In this document: piece after piece, positions 49,038 through 58,619 of the stretch
Numbering within the stretch: the stretch's first letter is position 1
How the letters are laid out: every line of letters starts with the position of its first letter
Source: a virus
Direction: 5' to 3' (one strand)
Virus record (IMG/VR): IMGVR_UViG_3300028920_000057
Span: 1 to 64,000 of that record
DNA length: 64,000 bases
Notes under the pieces: generated by a model
Seen by the model: the letters and a program-made list of their open reading frames with translations, nothing else
What the model was told of the DNA's origin: nothing
Databases searched by the model: none
Translations under genes and position numbers: made by a program

Positions 49038-52000
49038 TAAAATCTCCCTGAGTACCTATACTTATAAGCGTCAAAAGTTGACCTGCGATCATACATTATA
49101 TCAATATTGGCGTGATTGTCACCTACGGCTCCCACGGTTGGCATGGAGCTTATTTGCATATTGTTAATAGGCATGGAATATGATGCTGCAATCATTTCGT
49201 CACCAATCGTAGCCATATTTGGCAATGTGATTAGGTTTTTTATGTAAGGTCGCGATCTATCTAAGTCTCGCTCGTCGGCTCCCCAGAATCCATAATCATG
49301 GACATCTCTGCCGTCGAACTGGACAGACGCCAGTTTAATATCATCAAGAGAGACATCTGGTCTCCATCCGGCCCAGCCTGGCCCAGGCATAGGAGTTCCC
49401 GCAACAGACGCCTGCGATTGCTGAAGAGCCTGCATATTTGCTCCCAGACTGCCACCCCTGGCTTGCCATATCTTTTGAAGCATTGGAGCCATATAATCTG
49501 GAACTTCCCTTAGAATGTCCTCGTGATACTCAGAGGGAGCGTGAGAGAAGTCCAGAAGAAAACGGCGATCCGCCTTCGGTAAAGCGAGATATGCATTTTC
49601 TATAAATTCTTGATTTGCACTTCCGTAATCCAGTCCTCTCATGGTTCGACCATGTATTTTGTCCAAACGAGCCACAACATCATTCCTGCCCGCTCTCTGA
49701 GCTATATCAGATAGAACTTCGACCTTTTGAGCCTTCATGCTGTCAAAATATGTTTCTATTTCACGACGGCGCTGTTCTTTCTCCCAGTGGTCTCCGGTGT
49801 TAAGTAGATTAGAAACGACGCCTGCTCCCATACCTCCTATTCCTAAAACCATTGCGCTATACGGGTCTCGACCCAAAACAGCAAAAGCAGCACCAGAAGT
49901 AGCTGAATCAATCACATCTCGAGAAGCCATCTGTCTCATATATGGAATCAGCATGGAATCTATCGGCTGAGTCCAATCGTAGAAATCATCACCCACAGTT
50001 ATTCTGTCTCTATAGAGGTCTAGAGGAGTCTGTCTCTGATAGAGTTTAGAAAAAGCATAAGGAATATGAGGTAAGGATGGCTTGAGTCCCATCGTCCAGC
50101 TGGTCGAGGGATTTACAGAGAAGGCCGCAGAATGGTCTGTCTTAATTAATGTGCTGGGCTGCCCTTGGCCTCCCATAAATGGAGATCCCGGAAATACCTG
50201 AAAGCCACCTGAAGCGTTGTATCCGTTATGAAAGTTAGATACCATTGGGTTTATTTCATCGCGAGTTCTCATTCCAGGTAGAAAACGGCGAAGCAACTCT
50301 GTTGAACCTATAGCTCCTCCCAGATCCATATCATAATAAGCCCTACTTGTAGAATAAAGGTCTGTCGCATTTTGCCAACGCCGACCTTCAGCAAAAAAGT
50401 CCGACGTACCCGTTAGCTGCTTCTTAGCAAAGCCAATAATAAACCCGCGCATCCCCCAAAAGGTCTTAATTCGATCAAGAGTCTGTCCTGCAGCATCTAA
50501 AAGGCTGGGAACTCTAGGTACTGTAAAACCAGGATTGATAGTCTCATATCCAAGCTCGCTCGCTATTTGCTGAAGTTCGTCTTTTTTACCTCTCTTCTGA
50601 ATAAAGTCTCGAATAGCATGACCATGCATTATCTTTGTAGGTTTTAGTCCCTCACCTATAGTCGCCCCAAGTAGAGGACCAATTATAGGTACGTCCGTAA
50701 AGAGCTGGCCCGTAAGAGGGTACGGCTGATTATAATAATTTCTGCGCTCTGTATAGTACGGATCGGTTCCCGGAAGTCCTGTCCAAGAGGTTAGAGGAGT
50801 TCTCAAAGGAAGGGTTAAGGGAGATACATTGAGAAAATATGCGCCTTTGCCCCCATAGATATCATATGGCTGATCTTCCATCTGCCTGGCAATGTAATGC
50901 TTACGCATTCTAGTTATATCACCACCAGCATAATCTTGAGGGCCAAGACCCCACCACCTGTTCTCTCGTATGGGAACCAGCTTCTCTCCCATATACTCAG
51001 CCCGCAGATCTCTCCAATCCTTCATTGTAGCAGAGGTTCCTAAAGCCAAACCTCCTACAACGGCACCAACCATCCCACCTCGAGTTTTAGCTGTAGCTTG
51101 CCCGATATCGCTTAGAATTCCTCTGTTTGCGGCGCGCTTTGAAGCCAGCCTCTTACCTATGGCGCCTCCAACAGCAATGCCGGCAAGGCCTCTAAACGCA
51201 TATCCAAGGAATGAATCTGGCAAACCTGGGAAAACAGCGTCTACGCCTTCGGCTACTGGCGTCATAGTATAGTTGGTAATTGCTTGCTGGCCGACCTTAA
51301 GAGTCCCGTAGGTGGCTAATGCAGATTTCTTCAGTCCTACATCACCAAATGGATTCGCTTTTTCTACCAGATAATCAAAGAAGTGAAGACCTTCCCATGC
51401 GAGATATGCCCCAACTCCTGTTAACGCTGCCGCTCCCAAGAATTGCATTGGCCCCATAGGCTTAACACCTAAGCCGGTAAGAGCTTCGATTAACCTTACT
51501 GTGGTTTGAGATCCTTGTGCAGCCTTAATCTTCAGGCTGTTCATAAAGCCGCCTTCGTAGGCCATGTACTGAGCTGAAACAGGACTACTCGGCTTCAGTC
51601 CTCGGAACGCATTTTGTCTACGCTGCTTAGGGCTCGGGTCTACCTTTCCAAAAGGACTGGCTTCACGCCCAGACTGCACTCTCCTGAGCCTGCGCAGTCT
51701 TTCCATACTAATTCTACCCTTCTGAGTCCGGGCAAGAATTAGCTCTTCTTCCGTTAAGTGCGCGTATTGGCTTGTCTCAATCCCAAGCTTATTCGCAATT
51801 CTTTCGAATAAGTCTAGCTGGTCTTCTCCTTTTACAAAGCCTCGCTTGGGATGCCAGACTATTCCTTCCGCACCAGAGTATTTTGGATGTGGCGTGGTTT
51901 TCCCGAAGCGTTTGAACCAGTCAAATATTTTACCGTATACAGTCTTAGGTTCTACTGCGTGTCTTGAGGAATAGACATCTAATCCCTTGCTGGTCAGCCA

Positions 52001-53155
52001 TTCGTCAACAGAGGCGGTAAGAGGAGTAGCTCCGGTGTCTGCATTATATACAAAATTTAGTCTACGCCCTGTCGCTCCCTCGATCAACTCATTTAAAGAG
52101 GGTCCTCCTCCTATTTTTTTATTAAAGATAGCTTCGAGTATTGGGTGGTCATAGAACCCTTTTTCAATAAGACCTTTTCTAGTCCTGCCGGTTGCAGCGT
52201 CTTTATATCCTCTTAAAGGCTTTGTGGAAGCATACCGCTCGTCCATAGAAGCGATGCCGCGTGCAGCAGAAGAATCTGTAGCATATATCTTATAGCCACT
52301 GCCGAGCTTCTGTAGCTCACCCTCTCTAATAGAGAACAGTTCGTCGTCAATAATAAAGCCTTGCTCTGGCTCAAACCCGAGCATCGCCATATTCTTCGCA
52401 CTAAGACGTGCAGTAAGAGGTCCTTCTCCTGAAAAGATAAAATCTAAAGGATTGCCAACAAAGGGATAGCGGAGTCTTTCAGTTAAAGCCTTTTGAATAC
52501 TTCCCGCAGTAAAGGCTTCCGTTATAACTCCTTCTTTTCTATTAAGAAATACTCCTCGGTCTATGATCTCTTCGCCAGTCAGCAGAGGATCTGCTTTGCG
52601 ACGCATTTGCTTCATTGCTATAAGATCTAGCTCGTCCATCTCCCTGCCAAAGATGGTAACGGTCTCCCTGCCGCCTCCGATAGGCTTGGCTGCTCCTGCT
52701 CCGACTCTCTCGTATTCCGATACAACGTGCTCTACGTTTAGGTACTCATATCCCTCTGGCAAGTTCGTATGTAAGCCCTCGGGTCTGGAGAATCTTCTCT
52801 TGATGGCTTTTTTGAGATTCCTCTGAAGCTGTTGTCTTACAGAGTCTGGAGTAGACATAAATTGTGTGTATTGCCTACTTATCTCTGGTAGTAAGCCCCG
52901 AGAAAATGTCCTAGTAGAACTAAGAGAGGAAAGAGATTCACGAAAGTTGTGACCCAGTCGGCCCAGCTTCATAGACAGAGGCTCTAACATATACCTTGCA
53001 TCGGCAAATGCTCCTGCCGTAGACTGTCTTAGAGCTCTGTAAGCTCCAATACCCAGGCCTACCCCAATCAGAGTGGCTCCAATCTTTAATGCCGCACCCA
53101 CCCCATCGGGCTGTTGAGGTCTTTCAGGATATGCTGTTGGATCATAAGGAGGCAT
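49037..53155 (-). CDS. Tape-measure-like / DNA-delivery membrane protein
   Basis: 1372 aa directly after the tail chaperones; several Gly/Ala-rich hydrophobic helices (GAALKIGATLIGVGLGIGAY, FLGAAALTGVGAYLAW, GGMVGAVVGGLALG, AMVLGIGGMGAGVV). Confidence 0.65.
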   Translation of the reverse strand: MPPYDPTAYPERPQQPDGVGAALKIGATLIGVGLGIGAYRALRQSTAGAFADARYMLEPLSMKLGRLGHNFRESLSSLSSTRTFSRGLLPEISRQYTQFMSTPDSVRQQLQRNLKKAIKRRFSRPEGLHTNLPEGYEYLNVEHVVSEYERVGAGAAKPIGGGRETVTIFGREMDELDLIAMKQMRRKADPLLTGEEIIDRGVFLNRKEGVITEAFTAGSIQKALTERLRYPFVGNPLDFIFSGEGPLTARLSAKNMAMLGFEPEQGFIIDDELFSIREGELQKLGSGYKIYATDSSAARGIASMDERYASTKPLRGYKDAATGRTRKGLIEKGFYDHPILEAIFNKKIGGGPSLNELIEGATGRRLNFVYNADTGATPLTASVDEWLTSKGLDVYSSRHAVEPKTVYGKIFDWFKRFGKTTPHPKYSGAEGIVWHPKRGFVKGEDQLDLFERIANKLGIETSQYAHLTEEELILARTQKGRISMERLRRLRRVQSGREASPFGKVDPSPKQRRQNAFRGLKPSSPVSAQYMAYEGGFMNSLKIKAAQGSQTTVRLIEALTGLGVKPMGPMQFLGAAALTGVGAYLAWEGLHFFDYLVEKANPFGDVGLKKSALATYGTLKVGQQAITNYTMTPVAEGVDAVFPGLPDSFLGYAFRGLAGIAVGGAIGKRLASKRAANRGILSDIGQATAKTRGGMVGAVVGGLALGTSATMKDWRDLRAEYMGEKLVPIRENRWWGLGPQDYAGGDITRMRKHYIARQMEDQPYDIYGGKGAYFLNVSPLTLPLRTPLTSWTGLPGTDPYYTERRNYYNQPYPLTGQLFTDVPIIGPLLGATIGEGLKPTKIMHGHAIRDFIQKRGKKDELQQIASELGYETINPGFTVPRVPSLLDAAGQTLDRIKTFWGMRGFIIGFAKKQLTGTSDFFAEGRRWQNATDLYSTSRAYYDMDLGGAIGSTELLRRFLPGMRTRDEINPMVSNFHNGYNASGGFQVFPGSPFMGGQGQPSTLIKTDHSAAFSVNPSTSWTMGLKPSLPHIPYAFSKLYQRQTPLDLYRDRITVGDDFYDWTQPIDSMLIPYMRQMASRDVIDSATSGAAFAVLGRDPYSAMVLGIGGMGAGVVSNLLNTGDHWEKEQRRREIETYFDSMKAQKVEVLSDIAQRAGRNDVVARLDKIHGRTMRGLDYGSANQEFIENAYLALPKADRRFLLDFSHAPSEYHEDILREVPDYMAPMLQKIWQARGGSLGANMQALQQSQASVAGTPMPGPGWAGWRPDVSLDDIKLASVQFDGRDVHDYGFWGADERDLDRSRPYIKNLITLPNMATIGDEMIAASYSMPINNMQISSMPTVGAVGDNHANIDIMYDRRSTFDAYKYRYSGRF

Positions 53156-53166
53156 AGATATTCTCC

Positions 53167-53808
53167 CTATTTAGTCTTCGAGGGATCGGCTGTCTTAATG
53201 TCAAAGGAGGCTTGTGACTCTCGGTTGATAAACTCTATACCAGAGATCAGCTCCATGATCTCAAAACAATTGAGATCATCAAGACTCGAAAGAGATAGGG
53301 CTGGCAGCCATTTACGTATAAACCAGTCCATACCCTTTTCAACGTCCCCTCTCTCGAGAGTCTCGCGAGCCATATTCTTAACTTCGCAGATAGCCTCGAT
53401 AGAGTGGAAGCCACTGCTTTCAAGAAGGATTTGTTTAATTTTACTGTCTATCCCCGCCTTGAGATTATTTGAAAACTCCGGGTCGTCAAATATTTCTCTG
53501 GTAGGATAGAAGATGTTGTCGCTGAATACATCGTAGATATCATATGCCGGGCCGACCATTCTTTCTACTGTCTCATAGATTTTAAATTGTCTTCTTGTTA
53601 GAGGACTGTAAATTAAATCTATATCATTGACCTTACAGTAAAAAACATAGCTATGTTTCTTTCTGGCTTCTACGATATATTTTGTGAGATAAGAAGGGAC
53701 AGTTCCATTGTTCGACTGTCCCATAATGTCGACTATAGAATGAGAGAGAGCGTCGTCAGTTGCGTCGCCCCCCGTCATGAATTCTTGTATCAAAGATTCT
53801 TGATTCAC
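53167..53808 (-). CDS. Tail assembly chaperone (longer paralogue)
   Basis: KKHSYVFY......LIYSPLTRRQF...IFYP......LKAGI...I...LLESSGF aligns with the upstream chaperone, plus an ~65-aa extension. Start (GTG 53808 or ATG ~53778) uncertain. Confidence 0.6.
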   Translation of the reverse strand: MNQESLIQEFMTGGDATDDALSHSIVDIMGQSNNGTVPSYLTKYIVEARKKHSYVFYCKVNDIDLIYSPLTRRQFKIYETVERMVGPAYDIYDVFSDNIFYPTREIFDDPEFSNNLKAGIDSKIKQILLESSGFHSIEAICEVKNMARETLERGDVEKGMDWFIRKWLPALSLSSLDDLNCFEIMELISGIEFINRESQASFDIKTADPSKTK

Positions 53809-53810
53809 GT

Positions 53811-54410
53811 CTACAGCTTAATAGGTTGAACATCCACATGACCAAAATCACTAGAACTTAGGATAGTGTTACATAACGTAGAGCTTGTACCAGCTCGCGT
53901 CCCTCGGCCACCGTCGCGGAGATCAAATGGCGTAAGTCTTGGAAATAGAGTGCACGAGCAGACAATCTTCTCTTCAATTTGCTCACGATTGATACCTTCT
54001 GTGTTCACGATCTTTCTATGCTCTGGCCTCATAATGGGGCGATAGATATATATACCGCTTGGCAGCTCTACAAAATAGATATCTTGATATTGCTCTTTCA
54101 GCTGCAGAATTAGCTCTGGAGGACAATCATCTGGCAGATAAGGTAAAAGCTCTAAGAGCCATTGGGGATACTCGATTCTACTGTCTTCTTGAGGTGCAAG
54201 AGGATCGATGGGTTCCTGTTGTTGCATCTGGGCTGAAGGTTGGGGAGTCTGAAGAAGAACATTCTCTCCCGATCCCATTTCTGAGGATAGTGCCTGCATA
54301 TCTGCATTAAGATCTGCTTTTCCGTGATCCGCAGTCAAATCAACCGGGGGTGCTTCCGGTACTACCGGAGTTTCGCTCTTCTGAGCTCTTTTTGGTGGGT
54401 TAAGTTTCAT
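53811..54410 (-). CDS. Tail assembly chaperone
   Basis: LKEQYQDIYFV......YIYRPIMRPEH......EEKIV..CTLFP........AGT.STL...IL..SDF; lies between the tube genes and the tape measure. Confidence 0.65.
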   Translation of the reverse strand: MKLNPPKRAQKSETPVVPEAPPVDLTADHGKADLNADMQALSSEMGSGENVLLQTPQPSAQMQQQEPIDPLAPQEDSRIEYPQWLLELLPYLPDDCPPELILQLKEQYQDIYFVELPSGIYIYRPIMRPEHRKIVNTEGINREQIEEKIVCSCTLFPRLTPFDLRDGGRGTRAGTSSTLCNTILSSSDFGHVDVQPIKL

Positions 54411-54422
54411 GCTGTGTCTCCC

Positions 54423-55424
54423 TTAAACAATAGTTTTAGCAAAAAATGAGTAGGCTTCTTTAATGTTTTCTCGGTCGCCTACATGAACCGATGTCGCCTC
54501 TGTATTGAAGTAACAATCCCTAAGTACCTTACGGTGCTTTCCGTCTGCACCGAATTCAATTTCGATATCTATTTTATGACCATTATTATACATGTCATCA
54601 AAAAACGAGCTCCCTACTAAAGATTTCTTGTATTTTTCAATCGTGACAGGCGATTCGGGAGGCTTAACGGCTTTCTCGTTAATTCCATTATTGATAATAT
54701 TGGAATTAGTTTTATTCTCTTCAATCCGATATTCTATATCGTTTGCGATACTGGCGAGGTTATTGTAATTATCTTTTAGATCCTGATCTGCCGGAGTCGA
54801 ATCGGTATTCTCCAGGATGTCGATTCTGTCGCTAATCTCGTTGATCGCATTACTAAAATCCTCTCGCAAATAGTTGACGATCCGAACGGAAGAATCATAC
54901 TCATTGCCTCCTTGCTCTGAATCTAGATAGGCTTGAGTATTCGAGAGATACAGAGTATTCTCTTGCTGAAGAGACGTCAACACAACCCTCAACGTAGGCA
55001 CGCTCCAGAGAGGACCAATCAATCTGCTACTCCCTCTGCCTAACACTTTTTGTAGGGCAGACAAAAAGACTAAGCCACTTCTGTGGTTTGCGCTATTTGC
55101 ACCGTAAGTGTCTTCCAGTAACGCCTGCTCTTCTCTAGACAGGCCTTCTTCTAGAACTTCGGGTGCTCCGAGACTATACAATAGAACGGCGGCTATAGAA
55201 TCCTTATAATTCTTATTGACCATCAGCATTCCGCTAACCAATTCTCTTCCAGAAGTAACTGCGGCGAATTGCTTATCTCTATACCCATAGAGGGGGATCT
55301 TCTGGTTTGATGCCTCATAAGTTATGCCGCAAGCATCGTCCATTAATATCGAAGGACGGCCCTGTACGCGGATATAGATAGCTATATCTGGCACCATAAA
55401 ATAAGGAGTTTTAGCTTTACTCAT
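54423..55424 (-). CDS. Tail-tube-fold protein (third paralogue) with large internal insertion
   Basis: GITYEASNQKIPLYGY......VTSGRELVSGML and C-terminal IDIEIEFG...VLRDCYF......V......EAYSFFAK match the two halves of the tube family. Confidence 0.65.
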   Translation of the reverse strand: MSKAKTPYFMVPDIAIYIRVQGRPSILMDDACGITYEASNQKIPLYGYRDKQFAAVTSGRELVSGMLMVNKNYKDSIAAVLLYSLGAPEVLEEGLSREEQALLEDTYGANSANHRSGLVFLSALQKVLGRGSSRLIGPLWSVPTLRVVLTSLQQENTLYLSNTQAYLDSEQGGNEYDSSVRIVNYLREDFSNAINEISDRIDILENTDSTPADQDLKDNYNNLASIANDIEYRIEENKTNSNIINNGINEKAVKPPESPVTIEKYKKSLVGSSFFDDMYNNGHKIDIEIEFGADGKHRKVLRDCYFNTEATSVHVGDRENIKEAYSFFAKTIV

Positions 55425-56046
55425 TGGTTATTTTCTCGTATAGCCCATTAACAGTATTCACGCCTATGCGTACGTCATTTATAAGCTGTGTCGCATCCAT
55501 TCCGAAGTCCAGATATTCTCTTGCAACATAGCTGTAGGTCTGTTCTGTGTATATATCATTTATAGATACGACAGTTCCGCTATCCATTAGGCTCACACCT
55601 ATCAGATATGCGGACGAAGTATCTACTCCGTACTCGTTAGATTGTGATAATTGAACATTAAACGGCAGGGTTCTATCGAACGATCTGAAGCCGCGAACAT
55701 CCAAATGTGCAGATTCAACATAGTTCTTAAAAAGATCCTGAATCTTATCTTTATGTATCTTTACAAAAACTATTGTTCCGCTGACAGTACGTGTTCCTTT
55801 TTTGTATGTCTTCGGAGAGTCGTATCCAATAGCTCTTACAGGAGCCAAATCTCTATGTGCAGAGATAGATATAGTCTGCAGATTTCCTATTGTATAGTAC
55901 GCACCGAGGACTGCATTCTCGCCATCAGCAGGGATTACATCTAGGGGGTTGACAGAAATTGAGGCAACAATGTCGGTACCGGAAAAGGAGTTGTAGTGGG
56001 CTGCTTTATTGATATTATTATCATCTGTAGTATTAACCGTCATCAC
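55417..56046 (-). CDS. Tail-tube-fold protein (second paralogue; possible tube initiator)
   Basis: YNSFSGTDIV...GNLQTISIS..R..APV..IG...P..Y..G.R..SGTIVF...LPFNV......NEYG...GV.L...G...SIND..TE.TYSYVARE aligns throughout with 56102..56749. Confidence 0.8.
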   Translation of the reverse strand: MMTVNTTDDNNINKAAHYNSFSGTDIVASISVNPLDVIPADGENAVLGAYYTIGNLQTISISAHRDLAPVRAIGYDSPKTYKKGTRTVSGTIVFVKIHKDKIQDLFKNYVESAHLDVRGFRSFDRTLPFNVQLSQSNEYGVDTSSAYLIGVSLMDSGTVVSINDIYTEQTYSYVAREYLDFGMDATQLINDVRIGVNTVNGLYEKITNE

Positions 56047-56058
56047 TACTCCCTAAGT

Positions 56059-56093
56059 AAAAAAAACAGCCGGCCTATAAGAGACCGGCTGTT
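56059..56093 (-). terminator. Rho-independent terminator after the sheath/tube genes
   Basis: Minus strand AACAGCCGGTCT-CTTAT-AGGCCGGCTG followed by a T-run, 9 nt after the tube stop. Confidence 0.85.
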
Positions 56094-56101
56094 CGTATCT
56101 G

Positions 56102-56749
56102 TTATTGAGGAAGATTCGCGTTTCCTGCAGAACTTGCCGAAGAATACTCGTCGGCAGTTTTGCCTTGAGGATTCCAATGGACAATTTCACGAGCCAGGAA
56201 GCTACACGTTTCATCCGTCGTGATGTCGTCAATTGAGATACCCGCACCATTATTCATCAGTTCAACGCCACGGATTTCCATCCCTGTCCTGACGCCATAT
56301 TCATTGGCGGCAGAAATTACGACGTTAAACGGCAGAATCTGATCGAAATACCAGTTAGGAACCTGTCTAGTTACAAGCCGCTGATCAAAGCTGCCTGAAT
56401 TTAACTGACCCGGATCTTTCTTCCAGTATTTATATCCAACAGTGCTAGCATTGAGCTCGCCAGTTTGAGCAAGCGGATTTACGTTGCCGCCAGTCAAAGT
56501 ATTGAGTTCATGCAACAGGGCGGATCTATCGAACACAGCGAACACAAGTGCGCCTGCGATCCCTCGCTTGCCGCGAGAGAATGTCCGGGGATTAGCATAT
56601 CCCATTGTGTAAATGGGGACCTTTTCCCTTGTCACAGAGTATGACAATCCCTGAAGTTCGCCAACCCATTTGCCGGCGAACGTCACGACCATGTCTACAC
56701 CCGAGAACCCGTTATAGGTCCTGTTGAAGTTTACATTATTATCAGCCAT
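56102..56749 (-). CDS. Major tail tube protein
   Basis: Immediately after the sheath; strong GGAGGTGA SD; GELQGLSYSVTREKVPIYTMG...PRTFSRGKRGIAGALVF; followed by a terminator. Confidence 0.85.
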   Translation of the reverse strand: MADNNVNFNRTYNGFSGVDMVVTFAGKWVGELQGLSYSVTREKVPIYTMGYANPRTFSRGKRGIAGALVFAVFDRSALLHELNTLTGGNVNPLAQTGELNASTVGYKYWKKDPGQLNSGSFDQRLVTRQVPNWYFDQILPFNVVISAANEYGVRTGMEIRGVELMNNGAGISIDDITTDETCSFLAREIVHWNPQGKTADEYSSASSAGNANLPQ

Positions 56750-56760
56750 GGTTCACCTCC

Positions 56761-58608
56761 TTATGATTTACTTAAATCAAGTTCAACTAGAACCTTGACG
56801 ATTTCGAAAGCAGGTACGATGACTGCTTTTACGCTGACTTGGCCAAGCACGGCCTGATCCTCGGTTTGTTCAAGCGAGAATTCATACCGATTAATAAAGC
56901 CATTGCCATCATCAACCAACTGTCTAAACATGTCGTCCAGATCGGCTCGCATACCATTGAGGCGGGCAGAATTGCCAGCTTCGCCAATATACGGATCGGC
57001 AACGCGCCGTATCAAATCCATAACCTTGGCCGTAATACGGACGGTGGTTAGGTTTGTATAGTCGCTCCGACGATACTGATCGATATTGTAGGCGGACGTA
57101 ATCCCTCTTGCCACAACGTATCCCCGACCAGGCTTTCTGATGGTGATAACGTAGCGTGCTGCAACAAGGTCGTCTGCGTCTGAACGCTTAATGTCTCTGA
57201 TTGACTGGAAGCCATCAATAGACTTATTGGTTGTAGAGCTGTTTTCAGGCAGCCTTAGAACCAGCGCCAGGTACTCACCCACGCCATTAGACACGTACGT
57301 GCGTTCACTCGGAGCCCCAATCAGGCGCAACGTCTGATCGCCATATGTGTTGCTGGAAACACCTTCCATGGCGCCAAGGCTAACCCATCGACCGAGGTCG
57401 ACTTTGTTGCCATGAGCATCCACGATGTCGCCAGTAGAACCTCCGGGATTTGCACTTGCACCCCCGGTGGCCTTCCACATACGATAAGTCGTAGGAACCA
57501 GATCGGATTCGCCAGCCGTATGGCCATCGAGTCCAGAGCTATTAGTGAAGTCCTTCGCATCGTCAATAAAATCGTTCCATTCGGCAAGAGTAATGCCGAA
57601 GGAATCCGTAGTTGAGGGATTATAACCTCTGAACGCTCGCCGGAAAGCGGTTTGCATCAGTCCTCTAACGGTATTGAATTCTGTTTCAGTACCATCAAAG
57701 ACTTCTACAGCGCCCAAAAGCTCAGTTCCCTCTATAGGCGTTTCTGTCACAGTTATGATGGCGGCATCGTCATCATAGCTTGCGACATAATAATCTCTAC
57801 TACCTGTGGAGTAATAGACGGTTATTTTAGCGCCTACATATGGAATACCCTCGCCCTCGAAATCTCCCGAAGATGAAGATGAGTTCGCAAGCAACGTAGA
57901 ATCAATTACGATCTGCTTGGTAGCAGCGTCAATAGAATCAATGTTGACCTGAGCAATGCTAAGCTTATTAAAATAAGACGTAGCAAATGCGTCACGGAAT
58001 TGCTTGAATCTGATAGGAAGTCGGCCAATGGCTGAAATGACAGCGTCATTTTCCAGGCTGGCATCTTCACAGAAGTTAGCAAGCTGATATGCGAAATCAC
58101 CCGAATCACCATCGTAGGTGCGAGTGGTATTATCTGAATCGTATACCTGAGTCAGGTCTGCCCGAAGATCAGCATAAACACCTGGGATATAAACAATATC
58201 CAAGGTATGATTAAGCAGATTCTCAAACGTTTCCTGAAGAGCAGTGTATCTTTCAGTTTCGGTCACAATGTGACCGTTGAAATTGGAGTTGCCGCAGTAA
58301 AGAAAACCTTCCTCACCCCAACCATGAGCGATCTTGACAAACTCTACCGTAACACCCTTTGAGACCTCCGCAATAGCTTTTGTAAGCTCGCTCGGCTTAG
58401 TGCCGAAGTCGTCGTTGATCGCAGGGTGAAACGTGGAATATCTGTCAGCGCTCGAATCCGTTAGGAGCACTGGGTCATTAAGGGGTATGTCTGCAGTCGT
58501 TACGCCCAATACCGTAATTTTGGTACCGGGAGCAGGACGTTCAACACGAAGATTCCCGTCATTCAGCGACACCACAGTTCCTGGTAAATTAGGGAATTGT
58601 GAAGTCAT
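56761..58608 (-). CDS. Contractile tail sheath protein
   Basis: N-terminal FPNLPGTVVSLNDG; C-terminal TTVRI......IRRVADPYIGE...GQVSVKAVIVPAFEIVKV sheath signature. Confidence 0.9.
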   Translation of the reverse strand: MTSQFPNLPGTVVSLNDGNLRVERPAPGTKITVLGVTTADIPLNDPVLLTDSSADRYSTFHPAINDDFGTKPSELTKAIAEVSKGVTVEFVKIAHGWGEEGFLYCGNSNFNGHIVTETERYTALQETFENLLNHTLDIVYIPGVYADLRADLTQVYDSDNTTRTYDGDSGDFAYQLANFCEDASLENDAVISAIGRLPIRFKQFRDAFATSYFNKLSIAQVNIDSIDAATKQIVIDSTLLANSSSSSGDFEGEGIPYVGAKITVYYSTGSRDYYVASYDDDAAIITVTETPIEGTELLGAVEVFDGTETEFNTVRGLMQTAFRRAFRGYNPSTTDSFGITLAEWNDFIDDAKDFTNSSGLDGHTAGESDLVPTTYRMWKATGGASANPGGSTGDIVDAHGNKVDLGRWVSLGAMEGVSSNTYGDQTLRLIGAPSERTYVSNGVGEYLALVLRLPENSSTTNKSIDGFQSIRDIKRSDADDLVAARYVITIRKPGRGYVVARGITSAYNIDQYRRSDYTNLTTVRITAKVMDLIRRVADPYIGEAGNSARLNGMRADLDDMFRQLVDDGNGFINRYEFSLEQTEDQAVLGQVSVKAVIVPAFEIVKVLVELDLSKS

Positions 58609-58619
58609 TTATTTTCTCC

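Noticed and set aside
43666-52826. Many 60-150-aa plus-strand ORFs opposite the giant genes
   Set aside because: Antisense shadows of long coding frames; no independent signals.
31980-58608. Bacterial eCIS/tailocin or T6SS locus
   Set aside because: Sheath, tube and baseplate genes are co-transcribed with a major capsid protein and head-tail adaptor, so this is a phage.
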